A program made the translations under genes and the position numbers. The notes beneath the pieces are model-generated. The model ran no database searches and was not told the DNA's origin. It saw only the letters and a list, made by a program, of their open reading frames with translations. From Tricharina praecox (lineage: Eukaryota), in assembly GCF_024521635.1 (NCBI RefSeq), contig NW_026250425.1, forward strand, positions 372,001 through 436,000: a DNA stretch of 64,000 nt. The letters run 5' to 3'. Shown one piece after another: positions 11,869 through 21,224 of this stretch. How positions within the stretch are numbered: the first letter of the stretch is position 1; every line of letters starts with the position of its first letter.

Positions 11869-14800
11869 TATAGAACAGAACATGTGCGGGTATCGTATCG
11901 TATCTCGTATCGTATATAACGAACCGCTTACCGCATCTTCGCCGCATCGTTGCTGAGTGGGTGCGCGGATGAGAGTGGATGAGAGTGCAGGAGAGTGCAG
12001 GAGAGAGTGGTCGCGTGGACGGTGCGGGACGCTGATGTTTTTGGGGATACGGCGTGAAGGCCGAGACTGATCTGCTCTGGTGTGAAGTGTGTAACTGGAG
12101 GTCGCTGAGGTGGTGGTGTACATAATAGTGGTGATGATGATGATGGTGGTGCTCGGAATAGCAGCCCAGTGCCTTTGACTCTTGGATTTATGGAGATTCG
12201 ATGGAATTAGCTTTTTCGTATTCTCCTACGTACATGGCGCGTGAGTGTCGGAGAGATGGAGATCTCTGATCTGCCGTCAGGAATAGTCTCCGCTCTATCT
12301 CGACTCTCGACTCGCGATCTCATGCGAGCTACCTAGAGTAAATTCTCGTGGCCACGGGTCGTAGGGCTGAGAGCTTAAATGGTACATGTGAGGTAAGTAC
12401 ACATGTAGCTACACGGTTACGTGTGACCTAGGTAGGAAGTGAGGCTTTTTATGGCCGAGCAGGATATCACCCGGGTGGGTATGAGTCAGCGGAGATGGGT
12501 TGGGGTCGGAGGTTTGGTCGGCGGGACTGGTAGACTCAAACATATCTTCTCACCCGACCCTTGAGGGCGCATGCTGTTGAATGTTTCAGTTGATTGATTC
12601 GCAAAACACAGCAGATGACCAGCTAGACATAACTACCAGAAAGAAGGAGAAGCAAGTATGAAAATCAAACAGGATTCTCCAGGCGTGCAAATATTACCAA
12701 TATCTTGAACGAGTGACGACGGTGGCTTTTCAACGAAACGAGAATCGCAACACATGATGCATCCGGGTACTCTACTTGCGGGTTGTGCACAATATGATGT
12801 AATCAGTACATATCGTCAAAAACCGCGAGAGTGTAAAGGCAATCGGACAGATGGGATTACAAGTACAAGATATGCAATATGTAGAATACCTCATATCATA
12901 GGTACCGGTGGAGTAGAGCTCATTGAGCCCGAAAGGAACAAGATGTCGATGCCGTGATCCCCCGGCAATCCCTCAAGGCTCATCCCCCGCCTTGAATGGG
13001 CCATGATATGTAACACCACCAAGCCGTGAGCCCAATGCCCATCGACAGTACTAAAAACGCCTTACATAGGAGAAAAACAAGCACACGGACAAAGAAAGCA
13101 CAGACAGACAGTCGGCACGAGACGAGAGAGGGTGCCGAGCAAGCCTACCAGGTAGGAGGTAGGTAGTCGATGATCTCAACACCTGTCTTGAGGCTTTTGT
13201 GCATGTACTTACGCACGCCTGGACAGACCACGTCAACCTGTGGTGCATTACACACGTACACAGGTATTCGAGCTTAACCATAAAGTCTATATGTAAACCA
13301 AGTGACACGCTCTCACTGGCCCACTCTTGAGTAGCCAAGTCCAACGTCAGCAACGCTATGGGACAGGTATGTAGAGTATCTTCAGCCCAACAGTTAGGTA
13401 TGCTTAACTTACCCGTCGCCCCGGCGTCCAAAAGACCAGTCACCACCGGTGGAAGCCGGACGTCTAGGATCGAGAGAACCATCTGCCATCATATTATAGC
13501 AAGGCGGGCCGAACCCGCATCAAATCACGGTAGCCTACGGACTGGTTTTGGCTTCTGTTCGGCCGTGAGATTCGAGACCCACCCAAGGAACACAGACAGG
13601 TTGAGAGTTCTCAGTGCTCACATCTCCCGCTCCCAGAATCGTTTCGTCACTCGGACCTAGGTAGACGAACCACCACGTTCTTAGCCTGTAACGTAGATAT
13701 GCTTATGCGTAAAACCTTTGCCTGACGGTATGCGCGTTAGGTGCCCAAGCTTGAGTTTATGCGACTAGCGTTAACTATGGCACAGTATATATGGCCAAGA
13801 TTGTGCGGCTGTGGGCGGGTTGGCCGTCGGAGGTTTCTTCGGGCACGGGGACTAATACTGGTAGAGTACCAGGTGGCTGCTCAATGGTAGGTAGTAGCTT
13901 GACGGAGACGGAGGAAGGTGCTCTGCGAGTACGAGCCGTACGGTATCAACGGTGAACACTTTTCTCCATACATTGAGATCTGGAGTACAATACCGTCCAG
14001 TCCTCAATCACACTCCAAGATGGTGTTTACCACCATCCTCATCGCCGCGCCTGCACTCAGAGGGACCACATTCTCTCCTGTTCCTGCCGCCGCCACCATC
14101 CCACCGGCCACCGATCCGGCCACCCCCGCGTCCTCTGTCACATGTGATTCCCGAATCCCAGCCCCACAGTCCCACCCCCGCATCCGCCGCGGAGAGATGT
14201 AAGGGCTTCTGGTGCTGACCACCCACCGAGAACGCGCCCCAAGGGCGCTGAGCAGCGAGAGTTCTCACAAACCCCGCGATTCCCACCACCACCGCCACGG
14301 GTTGTTTTATTCCGACTTGCCGAAGAAGTTGAGTTCACGCCGCGCCGTGTCGGTCCGACGTCCTTCGTTCGGGACAAAGAATTGCGTCCCACCTCCCGTG
14401 CCTTTTCCCGAAGGCTTTGCGGAGCAGGCTTGGGCGTTTGTTTTCTACGGCCCTACGGGCAGGTCGTTAACATTTTTCCACGGTTTGTGTTCGGGCTGTG
14501 ATATGAGGTATGTAGTAGAAATAAAGTTGATCGAAGCGACCAGGGATCATGGTGTATCGACGATTATGATCGGCTGCCTCATGTCTGCAATCTCTTCTGC
14601 CTGGAGAGATTCTTTGCCTTCGCTAAATTTCTGGTGTAATTGCACCTATGCACGAAAGACTCGTCTATTAGTATGCGAATGACGTACTATGAAGGGCTCT
14701 GAGCTGAGCCTAACCCGCGTACCTAGTCGAATGTAACGTGATAGAGTGACATCCAAATTGTCTGAAAGCTGCGCTGCATGGGCATATCCAGATTAGATTC

Positions 14801-15041
14801 TCGCGACGAGTGCTCAGTTGTGGGTTGACGGCGACGTCCATCTCTGTCAGTTCGGATAGTGGGGCATTGGGCCGAATTCTCAGGGTTCAGTTGGAACCCC
14901 AGACTCGGCTACCTGCACTGATGACGTACGTATCCGATTGTAACCGGCTATTGCCGTCACCGTGCTCCATATAGGTGCCGTAAGCTCTCGAGCTCCCGAT
15001 ATCGCGACTATTGTAGGAACACACTCAACGCCACATTTACA

Positions 15042-16343
15042 ATGTCGTGGCTTCCCATCCCCGACGACAGTGACTTCTCCCTCCACAACATCCCATTCGG
15101 CGTATTCCTGCACCCACCCACGTCGACGCCCCACTGCGCAACCCGGATCGGCAACCACGTACTCGACCTCCACGTCATCTCCAGTTCCGGCGGCTTCGAC
15201 CAGCTCGAGGGCTTCTCGCACTTCGCGGATGTATTCCAGCAGCCCACACTGAACGCCTTTGCCAGGCTGGGGCGGGAGCCCACCGACCGCGTGCGCTCGT
15301 TCCTGCAGTCGATATTCACCAGCTCCGGCCCTGGAGTGCTGCGCGACAACGAGGAGCTGCGCAAGAAAGCGCTGTTCGAGGACCCGGATCCAACAATGCT
15401 TCTGCCAATGCAGATCGGCGACTATACGGATTTCTGTGCGGGAAAGGTGCACGCCTACAATGCTGGCTGCCTCTTCCGTAGTCCCGAGAAAGCCCTGCAG
15501 GTGAACTATGAGCACCTGCCGATAGGGTATCATGGAAGGGCGAGCTCGGTGCTGCCACCAGGGACTCCAGTAAGGAGACCGTGGGGACAGACCGCCGAGG
15601 GAGTGTTCGAGAAGTGTAAACGCCTGGATTTGGAGCTGGAGTTGGCAGCGTTTGTGGGGAAGGAAGTTGGGCCATGGGATTCAAAGAATGCGGAGGCCGC
15701 CGGGGAGCATATCTTTGGCTTTGTGCTCATGAACGATTGGAGTGGTATGCACGCCTTTCCAGTGGTAACAGTGCCTAGGCTGATGTGATGAACAGCTCGA
15801 GACATCCAAGCCTTCGAATACGTGCCTCTAGGCCCCTTCACGGGCAAAAACTTCGGCACTTCCATCTCCCCATGGATCGTCCTCCCCAGTGCTCTTACCG
15901 CCTTCCTCACCGCCCCTCTGCAACGCACCTCTAAAATCCCCCTACAATCCTACCTCCAGCAGACCCGTACGGAGACCGTCTACGAAATTTCCCTGACTGC
16001 CGAGATCAACGGTCATACGTTTACGAAAATTAGCGGAAAGAACCTCCTTTGGAGCTTCGACCAGATGCTCGCGCACCATACCGTTACTGGATGTGGCATG
16101 AACCCTGGAGATCTGATCGGGAGTGGAACCATCTCCGGGACGGGATCGAAGGAAGCCGGGTGTTTGCTCGAGGCGACGAAGGGAGGGAAGGTGTCTGTGG
16201 CTATTGCGGAGGGAGTAGAGAGGACGTGGCTGGAGGATGGGGATGTGGTCGTTATTAAGGGACACTGTGGTGAGGGGGAAAGGAGGGTGGGGTGGGGGGA
16301 GTGTAAAGGCCTCGTCTTGCCCGCGACGGATGTGGGGCCTTGA
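15042..16343 (+). CDS. fahA: Fumarylacetoacetase; intron 15745..15795
   Basis: Motifs [82 protein letters not shown]. Confidence 0.95.
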
Positions 16344-17166
16344 GCACAGTGATGGATTGGTTATCAAGATATAAGGTATCCAAGTACTTTGGAATGAAGA
16401 TGCTCCAGAAAACTTTGGTTCCAGGACATCTCGACTGGCCATGTATTCCAGCCATACCACGTGCGAGCGAATTGAGGTCAGATGTGATAGGGTATTATGA
16501 TCATCATCAATGAAGCTCCATCTCTACGACGACAACGGCTGTGGCAACCATGTTCCTTTCCGCGGCCAATTCTACACAAATTTATCACCCAGCCCTCGAT
16601 GGTGTCTTCTTTCTCCAGGCTTCGAGAGGGGCTTCCACGAGTTGGGCTTGTCTATCTCTTGGTTTACAAGAATGTCTGTTGAGTACTCGATGTAAATCCA
16701 ATGGACATGACATCCCACCGGCAACCTAATGACCCACCCTCCTTTTCAATGCACACGTCTTCGAAACACAAAATCTAACTCAAATAAATGTGGAGAAGTT
16801 TACTTTCCTCACCCTAGCCCACGATGGACCAGTGGACGAGGGGTTTCCAGCCAGCAATGAACATGGTTTGTTTACCAGATAAGCTTCTGATATAATCTAC
16901 AAAAGCTTTAGGCATGAAATCTACCATAAGTCTATGCTCTGCCTAGACGTACGCGACGCCTCCAGACAAATCCTGAGCTCATCGACTACGTATACTTCAA
17001 CAATAACATGTACGTGGCCGTAACCTCTCCCGCAAAATTTGACTGCTTATACTTTCCATTCGATAGGTTAAAAGGGCTCCCCCCAAATGTCCCTCGCTGC
17101 TGAAGGATTCCGAAAAGTTCTCCAATCTCGCCAGTCCTGTCTCCGAAAAGTGGCAATCAATCGAGA

Positions 17167-19532
17167 ATGAGGCTTCATTCGCTTCTCCTCCTGGCTGCCA
17201 CCGCAGCTGCCTATGCCGCCGTGCCCCCAGCGCTTCCCGAAGACCACGTCCTTCGTAGCTTCCCCAGGGTATTCAACGGTCGTAATACTGACAATAAAGC
17301 GTTCTTCGACACGAATGTCCACCGTCACGGCAAGCGCGATCCGCAGCCCGTTGTGCAGCCTACGATCGCAGATTGGTGGACTCTGAACACACCCCAGTTT
17401 CTGCAATCCTACCTCAACTCGACCACGGCCGGCGAAATCACCGAAATACTTGGACGTTTCGGGGGCCTGGCTCATTGCTATGGCCTCGTCAATCTCCGCG
17501 GACACTCCAAAAGTACGTCCGATGCTGAGCAGTGTTCGAACCTGCGCGCCGAGCTGGGAACCGACGACAGTGCCCGCGCCGAGATGGTCCTCGCCTCCCT
17601 CACCAATTTCGCTTCGACGTTCGAGCTGATCGCCGATTCCATCGATGGAGGCTTCCGCGGCGCTGGGATTTTGATCGAAGAGCTGCCGTACACGAAGGCC
17701 TGGTGGGATAAGTTCCCAAAGGAGGGGAAGGCCAAGCTTTCCCAGGAGAACGTCATCTCTATCATTCGGGACTCGTTCATTAGTGGAATGCCCTGGTTGA
17801 CGCCCGAGGCTTGGAATTCCACCGCCGCGCTCGTGTACGACGAGGCTTCGAAGATGCGTGATGTCTCTAAAGTGGCGAATGTGGACCTTGGAGCGAAAAG
17901 TGCTTCGCTCAACAAGTGGGACCAGCTGTTTGGCAGCCAGATCGACCTGAAGTTCTTGGATGAAGCCCGCCGGTCGATGGACTACCATCCTACTATGGGA
18001 AGGGATAGTGTCGAGATCATGCGTGTTGCCGACGGTGGAGTTGAGGTGGCGGAGAAGATCGAGAAAATCGTCACCAGCGAAGAGTTTGCGAAGGCTCAAG
18101 AGGACACTTGGAATGCATTATTCTCGATGGTCCAGGCCATCGGAAGGCCCACCACCCTCAGGTCCAAGGTGGTGAAGCATCTCGACACGGTGTCTGTGCT
18201 GGACTTTTTTGGTGCCACGGCGTCGCTGGCGGAGCTTTCTGTTGGCAAATCGATCGCGGCATTGTTCAACGGAACGCTGGACATGAGCGGTGGCCTGTTT
18301 GAGCTGTTGGAGTACGGAAATCTGCTGTCGGCTAGAAACTGGACCGTTGAGCACCTGCGAGAAGTTTTCCCCGAGTCAGTTCCCCGAGTCCGTTTTTGCA
18401 CGATCTGTATGACTGACAAACGGACAGGATGCTTGCCAGACGCCTCTACCACAAGATCCTCAATTACGCTCTCGCGGAAGACCAGGTCTACATAACCTGC
18501 ACCATCCTGGACAAGGACGAGAACAAGCCTCTGTTCGGCAAATACGTCGAAGGTTCTACATGCTACCACGATCGCACGGGGCCGCAGGACATGAAGGCTT
18601 GTCTCGACAATGAGCACGTCTGCTACCTCTACCGATGGAAGGAGCCGACCAGCAAATGGAAATTTTGGTATAGGGCGCACAGCGACAAGCCCGCCGGAGT
18701 CGAGCACTGGGGTGCTGGACCGCACCTTACCAAAGTTAGCGATATCATCAAGTCGTCCGTGAGCTCCAAGCTTCAGAATCTCAAGGACTACCGCCTTACC
18801 CAGGACGACAAGCCCCTCTTGACGTCAAAATGGACTGACATCACGGAGGTCGGCAAGGCGTCGACTCCAGGTGTCTTCAACGTTCCCGTCTGCTACTCCA
18901 ACTACAGTTGGAACACGCCCCTCGAGGTCGCCCGCGAGAAGAAGCACTGGTACGAGACTCCCTGCCGCCAGGGCGACCCATACTGCCACGAGGCGGCTCT
19001 CCCGTGTTACTGCGGGTCCTGGGGATCCGAGACCATGGATGTGTGGGACGCGATCGGCCACGTCAAGAAGTCTAAGGACGGCGGTACCCGTGCCAGAAAG
19101 GTATGTGGAAAACGCATCAAGGATAGGATCACGCACCCTATCGAGGCGTACGTTGCCTACTGCAGACTCGATATCAAGCGTGTTGAGGGCTTGACGTCGA
19201 ATCGCGTCGACGGACGCTTCACCACCGAAGGAAAGGACAAGTACTGCGATGACGTGATCCGCATCATCGAGGTCAATGGCTACGAGAGCCCCGCCAGTAT
19301 GGACTCCGAAGTCAGGTATGCCATCTATTGCAAGATCTTGGGAGACGGGACTAGGTGCCGCATGTACGACGACCAGTGGGATGCTCTCCTGGCTGCTGTG
19401 ACGCCTGCGGTCGAGCTAGAACCCGATGCTGTAGCTATAGATGAGGTAGTGGAAGAGGAGGTGGAAAAGTATGAGAGTGAATTTGCGAAAATGGTACTGG
19501 AGGACGACAGCGGCGAGGAGGAGGAGGAATGA
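17167..19532 (+). CDS. Secreted protein of unknown function, 770 aa; intron 18375..18427
   Basis: Signal peptide MRLHSLLLLAATAAA and a Kex2-like KR site (HGKR-DP). A GTCAGT..CTGAC..CAG intron fuses the 442-aa and 367-aa ORFs in frame. Cys-rich C-terminal half and an acidic tail. Confidence 0.85.
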
Positions 19533-20021
19533 TTTTTTTCGAGCAATTATTTTGTCATCTATCCTTTTCCTTCTTCTCCCATCATTAATTTGTATACCTC
19601 TTTGTACAGTACGCGAGTACTGATCATCAATGCACATTTTGTTTTGTTTCGAAATTGATTCATCAAACCATCTGGATTATGCGCTGGGTAATTGGATTTC
19701 CTGTCTGTATCGTTTTGTCGATGAGACAATAAGAGACCTAGACGTATGCTAATAGATGGGGTTATGAGCTTCGTCGGCGGCGAATCAGTAGACACATAAG
19801 TCTTCCAAAGTGTTTATCGATCTGGTAATCATGTATTCCATAGTCCAATCCATCGTATCACCACTCTGGTATGTAGATGGCCGAAACCCACCCTTCTACT
19901 GCTAGAACCAGCCCTTCACATTTCAAGGCGAGAAAGATGGTAGAGCATTCGATGCACGCTCGCCCGTTCAATGTCCATCGGTGGATGTGCAGTTTCAAGG
20001 AGTGCGTGCTGGACCTCTGGT

Positions 20022-20028
20022 TATAAAA
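20022..20028 (+). promoter_or_regulatory. Candidate TATA box (TATAAAA) of the TFIIS-like gene
   Basis: TATAAAA about 75 bp upstream of ATG 20102. Confidence 0.45.
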
Positions 20029-20101
20029 CGCCGATAACTTCACCACAGACAGCTCTCTACACAGGCAATGGATACCAGATACAGCGAAATCAAAGCCCAC
20101 G

Positions 20102-20639
20102 ATGACACGCGGAAACAACCAAGATAACAGTCCGCCCCGCCCACGGACCAACCTAGCCGCGGTGCTTGTGGGTCGCAAAGGCAGGGGGACGCGGACAAAG
20201 CAAGCCCCGGAGCGCTCCATAACTGACGTGGAACTTTATGCGGTATGTACGGTGGTTTTTCCTCCGCTCTCCTGCAAACGTTGGCTGACTGATCGGTGGC
20301 AAGTCATGGACGAAACAACTCGCAACCCAATTGGCAAAGGCTTGGGGAACCCCCAGCGCCGCGGCCGAGCTCGTGGAACGAAATGCCGAGGCCGCGAAGA
20401 TGGCGGCGAAAATCATCAGGTCGTTGAGACAACGCTTCCCTTGGGGTGAGCCTTATTACATGCGCGAGGTAAAGCGCCAGGCTGCGTTGATCTATCTGGC
20501 GATCCAGCTCAATACCGATCTTGCGGCATCCATCCAAAACGAAGAGGTGAGTGTGGAGTGGCTGACGCAGGCGGGGAAAGCGGAATTGATTGGACAGCAT
20601 GATAGAGGGTCGATGGTTGGTGTTGAGATATTACACTGA
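20102..20639 (+). CDS. 158-aa protein with a stand-alone TFIIS central (domain II)/Bye1 TLD-like domain; intron 20243..20303
   Basis: A GTATGT..GCTGAC..AAG intron joins ORF 20102 to ORF 20331 in frame. The sequence AKMAAKIIRSLRQRF..KRQAALIYLAIQLNTDLAASIQNEEVSVEWLTQAGKAEL follows the TFIIS_M pattern (A..I...L..F; K.....I......N..L...l...e.S.E.L.....EL) by eye. Confidence 0.55.
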
Positions 20640-20770
20640 TTTTTTCATTTTTCATTTTCATTTTCCTTTTTTCATTTTCATTTTCATTTTTTTCATTCTC
20701 ATTTTTTCATTTTCATTTTTCATTTTCATTTTTTTCATTCTCATTTTTTCATTTTCATTTTTCATTTTAA
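20640..20770 (+). repeat. Imperfect (TTTTCA)n array, about 130 bp
   Basis: Directly visible; starts at the base after the TGA of the TFIIS-like gene. Confidence 0.95.
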
Positions 20771-21004
20771 TCATTGCATTCGACGTTTGAACAGCGACTA
20801 TTTCGGAATGTGTAATTTAGGTTGGGGCTGTGGGCCGAGTGACATCACGTGAAGCCCTGTAATTTTGTTACGGAACCCGCTAGCGTGAGTGTGAACTCAA
20901 CTATATCAGTGGGCGTGATATCTTGACGCCGACCTTTCTCTCCCACCATCACACTCGAAACTGCTTCATACCCGACGACTTGCATCCATCCAAAAGCACC
21001 CGTC

Positions 21005-21191
21005 CTCGGCGACGACTAAGCTCTTCATCCATACATCCATCCTCGGCGACGACTAATTGCTTCATCCATACATCCATTCTCGGCGACGACTAAGCTCTTC
21101 ATCCATACATCCATTCTCGGCGACGACTAAGAGCTTCATCCATACATCCATCCTCGGTGACAACCAAGAGCTTCATCTCGGCGACGACTAA
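21005..21191 (+). repeat. 37-bp minisatellite CTCGGCGACGACTAAnnnCTTCATCCATACATCCATY, 4 full copies plus 2 partial copies
   Basis: Unit starts at 21005, 21042, 21079, 21116, 21153 (degenerate, truncated) and 21177 (partial). Confidence 0.95.
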
Positions 21192-21224
21192 TTCAGATAA
21201 TTGGGCGCTCAAAAAATCGACAAG

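Noticed and set aside
11603..12123. Minus-strand small gene or pheromone precursor
   Set aside because: Low-complexity ORFs with no CaaX end or Kex2 repeats; one donor-like site only.
12497..13868. Degenerate direct repeats GGGTTGG..GTCGGAGGTTT..ACTGGTAGA at about 12497 and 13817 as possible LTR remnants
   Set aside because: Similarity covers only about 40 bp with gaps; no TG..CA ends or retroelement coding sequence between them.
21005..21191. CRISPR-like appearance of the 37-bp repeats
   Set aside because: No unique spacers, eukaryotic context and no cas genes; this is a minisatellite.
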